From positions 480,001 through 544,000 of the forward strand of contig JAPDJW010000002.1 of NCBI GenBank assembly GCA_029258885.1: DNA of 64,000 nt, given 5' to 3'. Below the pieces are notes generated by a model. The model was not told where the DNA came from, searched no databases, and saw only the letters and a list, made by a program, of their open reading frames with translations. This document shows, in pieces, positions 20,149-29,860 of this stretch. The DNA comes from Thermoproteota archaeon (lineage in GTDB: Archaea > Thermoproteota > Thermoprotei > Thermofilales > B9-G17). The position numbers and the translations under genes were made by a program. Each line of letters begins with the position of its first letter. Position 1 is the stretch's first letter.

Positions 20149-21237
20149 ATGCCTAAACCCCTATCAAGGATAGCCGAGAGAATAACCAGCGAAATAGCTA
20201 GATTAGCGGAGAATTTTAATCACCTGAAGATAATGCACTTCTGCGGCACACACGAACACACCATAACCTACCACGGACTGAGGAGTATCATACCCCAAAA
20301 TATCGAGTTGATAGCTGGACCAGGCTGCCCCGTGTGTATTCTTCCCGCAAGCATAGTGGATGAGGCAGTTAGGCTATCAATGGAAGGAGTATACGTCCTA
20401 ACCTACGGGGATGTGTATAGGCTGCCCGGATCCGAGAAGAGTCTCCATGAGGCTAGAAGCGAGGGTGCAAAGGTAAAGCCAGTATACGGTTTCCTAGACG
20501 CAGTAAAGATATCGAAAACATCCTTAAGGAATGAGGACGTAGTATTTCTAGCTGCTGGATTCGAAACAACATTGCCTACGATACTCTCCCAAGTTAAATT
20601 GGGTAAGGTGCCCGACAACCTAACCATACTACTTGCCTGTAGGAATACGGTTGCAGCAATGAGATATATACTAGAGAATAAGGTGCACAGGTTGAACGGT
20701 ATAATTGCACCCGGACATGTTTCAGCCATTATAGGTGCATCGGCATGGAGTTTCGTAGCCACCGAACACGGCGTTCCTGTAGTTGTTGCAGGATTCGAGC
20801 CACTAGACGTCCTCATAGCGGTACTGAATATATTATCTCAAAACATCGAGGGTAAAGCATATCTCGAAAACGAATACAGCAGGGTTGTTTCATGGAATGG
20901 AAACACTGAGGCTAAGAAGCTTATGTCGGAGCTACTTATAGTTTCAGATGGATACTGGAGAGGAATAGGCTTAATTCCAAAGAGTGCATGGCGTTTCAGG
21001 GAGAAGTATAGGAGATACGACGCCATTGAAGAATACGGATTAGATGTGGAGAAGCCAGGCATAGATTTAAAGCCTGGCTGTAGGTGTGCCGAAATAGTAT
21101 TGGGTATGGCTAAGCCGACGGATTGTCCACTGTTCATGAAGTCGTGTACTCCAAGCAGACCGCTTGGACCATGTATGGTCTCTGTAGAGGGTACATGCCG
21201 AATATGGGCTATCTACGGTAGCGGCTATCGTGCATAG
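20149..21237 (+). CDS. hypD: Hydrogenase maturation protein HypD
   Basis: FCGTHEH, GPGCPVC, GFETT, PGHVS, GFEP, CRC...CPLF..CTP..P.GPCMVS.EGTC. Confidence 0.96.
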   Translation: MPKPLSRIAERITSEIARLAENFNHLKIMHFCGTHEHTITYHGLRSIIPQNIELIAGPGCPVCILPASIVDEAVRLSMEGVYVLTYGDVYRLPGSEKSLHEARSEGAKVKPVYGFLDAVKISKTSLRNEDVVFLAAGFETTLPTILSQVKLGKVPDNLTILLACRNTVAAMRYILENKVHRLNGIIAPGHVSAIIGASAWSFVATEHGVPVVVAGFEPLDVLIAVLNILSQNIEGKAYLENEYSRVVSWNGNTEAKKLMSELLIVSDGYWRGIGLIPKSAWRFREKYRRYDAIEEYGLDVEKPGIDLKPGCRCAEIVLGMAKPTDCPLFMKSCTPSRPLGPCMVSVEGTCRIWAIYGSGYRA

Positions 21238-21367
21238 CCAGTAATGCTTCTAGAAACCTACATTGCCAGAAGGATAAGGTTCTACATTAGAAAATTCGAC
21301 ATATCCGAAATTACGTAGAAAGTCGCACTGCAGCTATGTCCTTCCTCTAATTATGTAGTAGATTTTC

Positions 21368-21660
21368 CTAATTCCTGCATTGTACATTTTTGTTAGAGAT
21401 AAAAAACTTTAATATGCCGAGCTTAGAGCAGAAGCCTTTAGCAAGCAGTTTTCGCAAACAAATAGTTGACGGATGCTCCTTTGCATCTGTAGAAAAATAT
21501 TAAGCCGAATATTGTGGCTGACGAATAAAGAGCTAGAGCGAGGATTACGAGCCTAGTCTCGAGGATCGGGAAAAGTATAGTTATAACCAGGGATGAGGCA
21601 TCTACAATCAGTAGTTTCCTTAGAATAATAGCCTTTTCCTTAATTGATTTAGAGATTTTC
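21368..21660 (-). pseudogene. Broken small membrane protein with Cys motif
   Basis: Two hydrophobic helices, then VCENCLLK and a one-base shift to GFCSKLG. An in-frame stop lies upstream and there is no clear start. Confidence 0.3.
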
Positions 21661-21698
21661 TAGCTGTTGGTATATAAGCTACTGCTTTTTCAAAGATA

Positions 21699-22775
21699 TT
21701 ATTCTATAACATGTATCTGGGAGGCTTTAATATACAGATAAACTTTCTCTCCACTACGTAGCTTCATTTCAGAGAACGAGCTTCTAGTAATATATGCCTT
21801 AACCATCTTTTCATTCACCATAACCTTAAGGAGTACTAGTGCGCCTTCATCCATGTAGTCAGTTAATACGCCTTCAATAACGTTTCTCGCGCTAGTCCTA
21901 ATTTTATGTCTAGAAACTACCACATATTCAGGCCTGAAGCTCACTACAACCCAACCCCTATACTCGCCACATACCGTAAACTCTAGGGAGCCGACTCTAA
22001 CCCTCGATAGCCCGCTTCCAACGGGCTCAGCGTACCCCCTGTAAATATTCTCGGTTCGCGTAAACCATGCCACAAACTCGGACTTAGGCCTATAGAATAC
22101 ATCCTGCGGCGTTCCAATCTGCTCTATAGATCCATTATTCAATACAGCGATCCTATCCGCTAGAGATATAGCTTCCGTGAAGTCATGGGTAACGTGTATA
22201 ACTGTGGCCTTAAACATCCTATGGATCTCTCTAAGGTAATCCCTTAAACTCCATCTAAGCACCGGATCGACAGCGGCAAGAGGCTCATCGAGCAGCAGAA
22301 TCTTAGGTTCAACAACAAGTGCTCGGGCCAACGCAACCCTTTGAGCCTCACCACCACTTAAACTCTTCACTTTCCTATCAAGTAGGTGGCTGATGCCGAG
22401 CTTCTCAGATACCTCCCTTACCTTATCGGATATATGCTCCCTCTTAGCTTTCCTAATCTTTAAACCGAAGGCTATGTTGTCGTATACGCTTAGGTGGGGG
22501 AATAGCGCATAGTTCTGTGGAACATAGCCTATGTTACGCTTCTCCGGAGGCAATCTAGTTGAATCAACGCCATCAATTAAAATTCTACCGCTATCTGGCG
22601 TAATTATTCCAGCAATAACCTGAAGGAGGAGAGTTTTACCAGCACCGGATGGACCAAGTACTACGAAGTATTCCCCCTTGGAAACTTTAAACGATATATT
22701 ATTCAACCTGAATTCTCCAAACTTCTTTGAAACGTTTTCCAGCACCAGCCTATAGTTTAAAGCCACTACTTCCAC
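21699..22775 (-). CDS. wtpC: Tungstate/molybdate ABC transporter ATP-binding subunit with TOBE domain
   Basis: GPSGAGKT, LSGGE, LLLDEP, C-terminal TSARN TOBE; in an operon with wtpA and wtpB. Confidence 0.88.
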   Translation of the reverse strand: MEVVALNYRLVLENVSKKFGEFRLNNISFKVSKGEYFVVLGPSGAGKTLLLQVIAGIITPDSGRILIDGVDSTRLPPEKRNIGYVPQNYALFPHLSVYDNIAFGLKIRKAKREHISDKVREVSEKLGISHLLDRKVKSLSGGEAQRVALARALVVEPKILLLDEPLAAVDPVLRWSLRDYLREIHRMFKATVIHVTHDFTEAISLADRIAVLNNGSIEQIGTPQDVFYRPKSEFVAWFTRTENIYRGYAEPVGSGLSRVRVGSLEFTVCGEYRGWVVVSFRPEYVVVSRHKIRTSARNVIEGVLTDYMDEGALVLLKVMVNEKMVKAYITRSSFSEMKLRSGEKVYLYIKASQIHVIE

Positions 22776-23536
22776 CTGATTATAAGCCTTAATATGACGA
22801 ATATCGTTAAACTTATCAGAGCGAGGAGAGCGGATAAGGCGAGGGCTGACCTTAAACCGTAGCCAAGGAATCTTTCTATGACTAGTACAGAGGCTATCTT
22901 CGGATAATATGCTATCACCATCACAGCCCCGACTTCGCTCACTGCTCTAGCTAACGTGAGTATAAAGCCTGCGAGAATGTGTTTAAGCGATAGGGGCAAC
23001 GTCACCTCTAGAAAGACCTTGATTCTCGAAGCTCCTAAAGTCCTAGCAACGTTCTCTATTTCAACGTCTATCGAATCAAACCCGGCCTTAACCGTTGTGA
23101 TGTATATTGGTGACGAAACAAACAGCATTGCAAACACAATGCCCCAATAACTATCCTCTATAATAAGGCCTACATTTGAGAGAAGGGATCCAATAGGTGA
23201 TCTTGAACTATACGCAAGCAACAACATTATACCAGCAACGCTATGTGGGATAGCTAGCGGTATCTCAATTATGCTCTGTATAAAACTTGATAAACTGCCA
23301 CGCCACCTGGAGAGAAAGTAGGCTAGCGGAGTTCCGAATAACAGTGATACTAGACTACATACAGTGCCTGCATGAAACCCCACGTAAATGGAGTCTAATG
23401 CATCTACATCTGAGGCTGCCTCACTTATATATGCTCCACCCTCAGCTAGACACGTTATCACGGGGATAACTAGAAAAAGGACTATAACCGAGCCCACAGC
23501 CGCGAAAACTATCAGGTCCCTATTCAAGGTTATCAT
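22766..23536 (-). CDS. wtpB: Tungstate/molybdate ABC transporter permease
   Basis: P.AIPHSVAGI, EAA loop ENVARTLGAS, ARAVSEVGA. Confidence 0.88.
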   Translation of the reverse strand: MITLNRDLIVFAAVGSVIVLFLVIPVITCLAEGGAYISEAASDVDALDSIYVGFHAGTVCSLVSLLFGTPLAYFLSRWRGSLSSFIQSIIEIPLAIPHSVAGIMLLLAYSSRSPIGSLLSNVGLIIEDSYWGIVFAMLFVSSPIYITTVKAGFDSIDVEIENVARTLGASRIKVFLEVTLPLSLKHILAGFILTLARAVSEVGAVMVIAYYPKIASVLVIERFLGYGLRSALALSALLALISLTIFVILRLIIRWK

Positions 23537-24537
23537 CTCTTAAGCTCCAATGGCACGCTGCCCTTGTATTCGTAAGGTATTATTACAAATCCATGCTTCT
23601 CTAAAATCATTTTGCCTTCACCGTAGAGTATCCATTTAACTAGCTTAACCGCCTCACCACAGTTCTGGCACGTCTTAGGAATAGTTAACCCATACCTGAT
23701 TCTATCAATTTTAATTGTTTTCATTCTTTCAACGTCGCCGCTGAAGACCACCACAAAAACGTTCACATATGGATTATGCGCTAGGTTCAACACTTCAGGT
23801 AGCTCTATAAACTTTAATCCATGTTCCACCGCAACGTTCCTATATTCAAAAGCATAGTCTAAAACTCCTGCCTCGAGAAGTTGCACCAGATCGACGCTTT
23901 TATCCCTCAATACGAGGTTGCCCCCAGAGATATAGTTCATCTTAAACGGGAAGAATATGTAATGCCCGCTTCCGTTAATGACAACCTCTACGTTTAGAAT
24001 ATGCTTGCATACTGTTAAATTCCAGAGCTCGGGCATACCATAGTATAGTGAGGCCATATACAGTATGGAGAGAGCTCTGTATCCGCATGGATCCATGTTC
24101 GGGTTAGAGAAGCCATATTTAACATCGGGCTTCATCAGAATCCTATACCAGTTATCCTTACTGATTTCATTGGAATATTTGCTGTTATCGGTATAACATA
24201 GAACTACCTCATTACTACAGAACACTATAACCCAGTCAGTATAGTTAGGCATAAGGTATTCTTCAATAACCCTATAGTCGGCAACAACAACTAAATCGCA
24301 GGTCTTATGCAGCTCGCTGATCTTCCTAACCGCTTCAACGCTGCCTGAAGTTTCTCTAACCAGGTCTATGCTTGGATTATTAATTTCATATGTTTCTTCT
24401 ATTTCCTCCATTGCTAAGAGCAAGCTGCCGGCATGAAAAACCTTGAGTTTAACTTTATTTCTAACCAGTATTAAGTATGTTGAAATGATTAGGAAAACTA
24501 TCAATACAATCAGTATAAGCTTCCTAAGGCTAAGCAT
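23533..24537 (-). CDS. wtpA: Tungstate/molybdate ABC transporter substrate-binding protein
   Basis: FHAGSL, SGSVEAVRKI, ADY, SNPNMDPCGYR, DYAFEY. Confidence 0.92.
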   Translation of the reverse strand: MLSLRKLILIVLIVFLIISTYLILVRNKVKLKVFHAGSLLLAMEEIEETYEINNPSIDLVRETSGSVEAVRKISELHKTCDLVVVADYRVIEEYLMPNYTDWVIVFCSNEVVLCYTDNSKYSNEISKDNWYRILMKPDVKYGFSNPNMDPCGYRALSILYMASLYYGMPELWNLTVCKHILNVEVVINGSGHYIFFPFKMNYISGGNLVLRDKSVDLVQLLEAGVLDYAFEYRNVAVEHGLKFIELPEVLNLAHNPYVNVFVVVFSGDVERMKTIKIDRIRYGLTIPKTCQNCGEAVKLVKWILYGEGKMILEKHGFVIIPYEYKGSVPLELKR

Positions 24538-24841
24538 TCAATCACCTTTTTCCTAGCTAACAAAAATATTTACAAACATAAAACTTATTTTGTTACCTAC
24601 ATGAGCAGATATAGTTAACCATAGTTTCTTGATGTAGTGGATTCTATCAGCTTAAGTCCAGCTAATAATTGTTAAAACATTCAACATAGTTTTCATAGGT
24701 TAACTTATTTTAAACGCAAAATATCCCTAAGAATTATCCCTAAGGCTTTTTGGTTATTTATCTGTGTCTATTGATATTGATTATATGTTGAAATAGTAAA
24801 AAATATTAGCATTCCCGTAAATATTTGTACGGTGTTTTTCC

Positions 24842-27800
24842 ATGAGAAACACTTACCTATCCATGGTAGCGTTATTGCTATTTATAGCGATCTTCGCTAG
24901 TCCAATATATCCACAATCCTCTAACATAGTGCTGGACCTATCCGTTTCAGATATTTCATGGGAAAATGTAGGCAATTATGTTAGGTTGAAAATTGCAGGA
25001 GTAACTGCCAAGTGGAACGTCATTTACACGTCAGATCATCCCGGTGCTCCATTAATTCCAGCTGTTCAAGCCTTAGTTCTCCTACCGCCCAATAAAGCCA
25101 TCTCAGCTATTTCGATAGAAAAGTTTAATGTAAAGGAGATTAGGCTACCGGCTAAAGTTCTGCCTTCTCCACCAGTTTTCCCCGTTAAACCTACTAAATA
25201 CTATTCAACATCAAATGTGTTCTATAATACCAGTATATATTCTTCTAACGTACCGTATCCATCGAAGGATGTCAACTACATAGTTTTCAGGGAAAGAGGC
25301 GTAAACTTTGTCCTCATAAGGGTTTATCCCCTGAAATATATTCCAGCCAACAACACCGTCAAGCTATACTCCTCCATTAAAGTGACTATAAGTCTGATCT
25401 CCAAGAAGCTCTCTTACTCATTCTACGACGTAAACATCCTTAACAGAATTACCAGGAAAGCCGTCTACTCATATTCCCAGGCTAGCTATGGCAGTTTACA
25501 GCCAGCAGCTATTTCAGGCGGAATCGTAGTAGTTACACGTGCCATGTTTGTCTCGACTCTACAGCCGCTTATTGAGCTTAGAACTAGACAAGGTTATAGT
25601 CCAATTAAGGTTGTAACGGTCGAAAATATAGTCAGTAGTGGAATTGAAGGTCGAGATATACCTGAAAAGATAAGAAACTACTTATGTAATCTATACATCG
25701 ACAGCGGTGGAGCCTATAGATACCTTCTAATAGTCGGCGACACGCTAGATAGAAGCATCTCCCCGCCTACCTCCCTGGCCGACTTGGAGCTGTGGGAGGT
25801 TCCTGCAAGGTACTTCTATAATCCCGACGATTACTCCACATATACTCCATGCGACTGGTACTACGCAACCTTTGATTCAACCTGGGACAGCGATGGAGAT
25901 GGAATTTTCGGTGAAAACGGACAGGATGAGGCAGATTGGGCCCCGGAGATGGCCGTCGGCAGAATCCCTGTTAGAGATACCGCAACCCTTCAGGAGATAG
26001 TGGATAAGATTCTAAACTATGATAGTATGGAGGTTAAAAGCTCCGTTTTTACAGGCGCAATACTTTTTTATTATGTCGAGGAAGGGGATTCGTATGGATA
26101 TGGTGCACAAGGAGATACTAGGGCTGAAGGTTTAATCCAGTGGCTTAGTGGTTTAAGCGACTTAGTGGCTGAAAGCTGTATCATTAGGCTATACGAACAT
26201 TATCCAGCAGATGTCAAGATTACGAATGTTACACAACTCAACGGTAATCTAAGTCAGTCCAACATGGAGTCTGTTCTAGCAAATAATCCCTCTCTAGTCG
26301 TATGGTTTGGACATGGAAGCTATAGGTCAGCATGGAGGAAGATCTGGTCCGAGGATTCTGATCAGGATAATATGGTCGATGAGGACGAGGTTCTATGGGA
26401 TACTTTCGTAACTGACGCTTCTTTCGGTCTTGTAAATAAGCCATGCTTAATTCTTGCAATGTCCTGTTTAACCGCCATATATGATAGTGATTCTCTAGGT
26501 GAAGCAGCTCTAAGCAATACTGGCGGATGGTATCTCGGCTGGGATAGAGTCACCTATGGCGTGCTCTTTAGCGACACTACTTGGGAGATAAATCCTGATA
26601 ACTGGTGGTACGCCGACTACTACGTATACAGGTTCCTAGCAAATCTATTTAATGGTACCCAGACGCAGACCTATTTGGATCCGGGCTGGGCTTACCTTAA
26701 TACAGCCATAGAATTCGTCAATAGACATTCAATGAACGATGAAGCTGACAGAAGGGTTTGGATGGCTGCATCTCTAATAGGTGATCCAACACAGAAAGTC
26801 TATATGGCTAATATGTTCCTTGAGCTTTTAAATCAGACTGGGCTGACAGTATTCGTTGGTGAATCCTTCAAGATAGTCTCGAGGATCTATGTTGGAACCT
26901 TAACTCCTTCACCTAATACTCCGGTAGAGTTGCAGGCCTACGAGAATGGTGTATGGACTACTCTAGCTACCAGCTACAGTGATGGTCAGGGCTTCGCTAC
27001 ATTCAATGTAGCCTTCAATATGCCCGGAAACTACACCTTGAGAGTTGTCTACAGGGGGAATAGCAGTACTATGCCATACTACAGCGATAACCTAACGGTA
27101 TATGTTCAGGAGTCGGCTAAAATTGTGCTAGGATATCCTAGGGTTGCAACAGTCAATGCTTCATTCCCAGTTAGGGTACATCTGTATGATTCGAGCGGTA
27201 AGCCCTTAAACAACACCCGGGTACTGCTGTACTCTGAAACTCTAAATACTCTACTGGGGAACACCACTACTGACGAGGAAGGATTCGCAAGGTTCGAAGT
27301 AACAATATCCCAGCTGGGCGTACACGAATTTAACATAACCTACTTGGTCGATGACAGCGTTGAGGGTGGACAAAAATTTAGTGTTGAGATAGTTAATTAT
27401 CAGGTCTACTACATCGAAAGCCTACCTTACACCGTGAATTCTTCTGGCCTACATTTAATAGTGGATAATCTGACTTTCCCTGCCAGTGGTAAAGGTATAC
27501 TCATAAACTCCACTGATGTAGTGATGGATGGCCAGGGCTTTTACATTAAGTTGGAGGCGTTTCTACCAAAGGCTCCCAGCAGTTTAGCTAAGCCACTTGT
27601 GCCGGACACGTACTTCTTGGCTGTTGAAGGTGAGTCTAATGTGACAATTACGAACTTAGCTGTAGAGGGCGGCAACGCTGCTGGAATATACGTGTATAAC
27701 TCCACGCAAGTATCTCTACTAAACCTGTATGCTAAAGACGTCACAACGATGGCTGTGAGCTCCTCGAACGACACTAGGATAGTAAATTGTTCCTTCGTTG

Positions 27801-29860
27801 AAACACGCTCCGGAATTATTCTCTGGGGCTCCTTTAACGTAACAATTGAAGACACTTCAATGGAGTGGGCGGGATCGGCAGGCGTGAATGAATACGGTTT
27901 ACTGCTAGCTTCTTCCTCGAATATACACTTATGTAACGTAAGTCTCAATGGCAGGAGCCTAGATATTATGGGAACAACTCTTCAGGACTACGCTTCCCAC
28001 ACGATTAAAGCATCCAGTGTAAACGGTAAACCACTTCTCTACATAGTCAACTCCACGAGCATAAATATAGGCCAGGATGTAGGCGAGCTTATAATAGTGA
28101 ATAGCAGCAGCGTTGAAGCCAGCAACCTAGAAATATCCAACGTAACCACAGGCGTAATTATAGCGTTTTCAAGTAATGTCGAGATACGCGATTTAGTCAT
28201 AGAGGCTAGCATCGTTGGATTAGACCTGGCCTATTCAAGTCACGTTACCCTAAGGAACTTGAACTTCACTTCAACGGGTATAGTCATCAGGGGCAGTATA
28301 GAACAGCACTTCAATTCCCATACAATCACCAGCTGTAGAGCGGAAGGTCGCCCAATAGCCTACATCGCTAATGCTAGGGATGTAGCCCTAGGACAGGAAT
28401 ACGGACAGGTAATAGTAGCTAGCTCCGACAACGTTACTGTAGGACCATTAAACATACGGAGCCCAAGGCCTGTTGTCGTCGAAATAGCCTACTCGAGGAG
28501 GATTATAGTTAAGGGAATATACTACACCTACCTCAGCGCATATCCAGCAATATGGATAACAAACTCACAGGAGTTACTCATATCAAACAATACCGTTCCA
28601 AGCCTGAAAGTAGAGTATACAACACGGCTTTTCCTAGCCGGAAGCACGATAAGCTACTGCGAGATTGAGTCTATGAAAAACGCCACCATGATGTTCAATA
28701 CCATAGATATACTATCCATAGCAAACTCCTCAACCGTCATAATATATCTCAACACATTCACTTCGATGGTTAGCTGCGTAAACTGCCAGAGCACGTACTT
28801 CTACTCTCCGGCACCACTAAACTACACATATATTGGTGAAGAGTATACTGGTAGCCTTGGGAACCACTATACATGGTATTCAGGCAACGATACAGATAAT
28901 AACGGCGTGATAGATGCACCCTACGCTGGAGACGGTTTCACTGATAAATATCCATTAGTCAGGTCGCATACCTACTACGGGGTCGATGAGCCAACGTTTA
29001 TGATAGTAGAGTATCCTGAGACAACAGCGTTGCCATTAGGCATAAATGTAACGGGATATGATATTATAGTACATTTGCTTTACGCTAGAAATGCTACAGG
29101 AGTTCCAAACGCAAGAATAGTATTGTATGATGAAGGAGAAAATGTTCTACTAGCAGAGAATATAACCGATGTAAACGGCTACGTAGTATTTACGCTACAG
29201 GCGGAAGAGGAAACCACTAAAATGTTCAACGTAACATTCCCAGGTAAACCAGGATTAATGGGTTGTAGCTATGAGTTCACCATTGAAGTGGTGCAACAAA
29301 CCGAGGGAATAACATTCCAGGTATTGAATATAGAGGTAGTAAGCGGAAAAATCAATCTTCACGTCCATGTTCGGGCTTCATCCACGCAGGTTTCAATCTA
29401 TGAGGTAACGCTAGCCGTGGACGATCCAGCCAATACAGTTACGGCATCCTCCACACTATCTGGTGAAGGATCAAACGATGTAGTTGCCAACATAGAATAC
29501 GATCCCTCGAGTTTAAGTGAAGGAGAACATCAGCTATACATAGTTGCTAAGGCGAAAAAGGAGACAGTAAACTATATGGCTTGGAGCGACCCCATAGAGA
29601 CTTATATACATCAATTAGTTAAAAGATACAATCTCATAGCTCTAGTCAAACCGCTGCAGATAAATGCATCCGATCTATGCCGTATAATCGGAGAGGATGC
29701 AGTAAGCGCGGTGTGGCGCTGGGATACGGACGCACAGGAATTCAGAAGTTATATCCCCGGCGTAAGCGGGCCAGAAGATGACTTTCCAATTAAGCTGGGC
29801 TACGGATACTTCATCTATTTAACAAGACCCTGTGTCCTAGTAGAGGTGGTTAGCCCGTGA
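24842..29860 (+). CDS. Large secreted peptidase C25 (gingipain-like) protein with propeptide, Ig-like and NosD/beta-helix modules
   Basis: Signal peptide; propeptide GAPLIP; LLIVGD; D.YYA.FD..WDSDGDG.FGE; VGRIP; putative catalytic WFGHGS (His) and MSCLT (Cys); two NosD-like repeats; GNHY...DKYPL. Confidence 0.85.
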   Translation: MRNTYLSMVALLLFIAIFASPIYPQSSNIVLDLSVSDISWENVGNYVRLKIAGVTAKWNVIYTSDHPGAPLIPAVQALVLLPPNKAISAISIEKFNVKEIRLPAKVLPSPPVFPVKPTKYYSTSNVFYNTSIYSSNVPYPSKDVNYIVFRERGVNFVLIRVYPLKYIPANNTVKLYSSIKVTISLISKKLSYSFYDVNILNRITRKAVYSYSQASYGSLQPAAISGGIVVVTRAMFVSTLQPLIELRTRQGYSPIKVVTVENIVSSGIEGRDIPEKIRNYLCNLYIDSGGAYRYLLIVGDTLDRSISPPTSLADLELWEVPARYFYNPDDYSTYTPCDWYYATFDSTWDSDGDGIFGENGQDEADWAPEMAVGRIPVRDTATLQEIVDKILNYDSMEVKSSVFTGAILFYYVEEGDSYGYGAQGDTRAEGLIQWLSGLSDLVAESCIIRLYEHYPADVKITNVTQLNGNLSQSNMESVLANNPSLVVWFGHGSYRSAWRKIWSEDSDQDNMVDEDEVLWDTFVTDASFGLVNKPCLILAMSCLTAIYDSDSLGEAALSNTGGWYLGWDRVTYGVLFSDTTWEINPDNWWYADYYVYRFLANLFNGTQTQTYLDPGWAYLNTAIEFVNRHSMNDEADRRVWMAASLIGDPTQKVYMANMFLELLNQTGLTVFVGESFKIVSRIYVGTLTPSPNTPVELQAYENGVWTTLATSYSDGQGFATFNVAFNMPGNYTLRVVYRGNSSTMPYYSDNLTVYVQESAKIVLGYPRVATVNASFPVRVHLYDSSGKPLNNTRVLLYSETLNTLLGNTTTDEEGFARFEVTISQLGVHEFNITYLVDDSVEGGQKFSVEIVNYQVYYIESLPYTVNSSGLHLIVDNLTFPASGKGILINSTDVVMDGQGFYIKLEAFLPKAPSSLAKPLVPDTYFLAVEGESNVTITNLAVEGGNAAGIYVYNSTQVSLLNLYAKDVTTMAVSSSNDTRIVNCSFVETRSGIILWGSFNVTIEDTSMEWAGSAGVNEYGLLLASSSNIHLCNVSLNGRSLDIMGTTLQDYASHTIKASSVNGKPLLYIVNSTSINIGQDVGELIIVNSSSVEASNLEISNVTTGVIIAFSSNVEIRDLVIEASIVGLDLAYSSHVTLRNLNFTSTGIVIRGSIEQHFNSHTITSCRAEGRPIAYIANARDVALGQEYGQVIVASSDNVTVGPLNIRSPRPVVVEIAYSRRIIVKGIYYTYLSAYPAIWITNSQELLISNNTVPSLKVEYTTRLFLAGSTISYCEIESMKNATMMFNTIDILSIANSSTVIIYLNTFTSMVSCVNCQSTYFYSPAPLNYTYIGEEYTGSLGNHYTWYSGNDTDNNGVIDAPYAGDGFTDKYPLVRSHTYYGVDEPTFMIVEYPETTALPLGINVTGYDIIVHLLYARNATGVPNARIVLYDEGENVLLAENITDVNGYVVFTLQAEEETTKMFNVTFPGKPGLMGCSYEFTIEVVQQTEGITFQVLNIEVVSGKINLHVHVRASSTQVSIYEVTLAVDDPANTVTASSTLSGEGSNDVVANIEYDPSSLSEGEHQLYIVAKAKKETVNYMAWSDPIETYIHQLVKRYNLIALVKPLQINASDLCRIIGEDAVSAVWRWDTDAQEFRSYIPGVSGPEDDFPIKLGYGYFIYLTRPCVLVEVVSP

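Noticed and set aside
24720-24745. Direct repeat TATCCCTAAG x2 upstream of wtpA and the C25 gene
   Set aside because: Only two 10-bp copies; could be a regulator site but cannot be told from chance.
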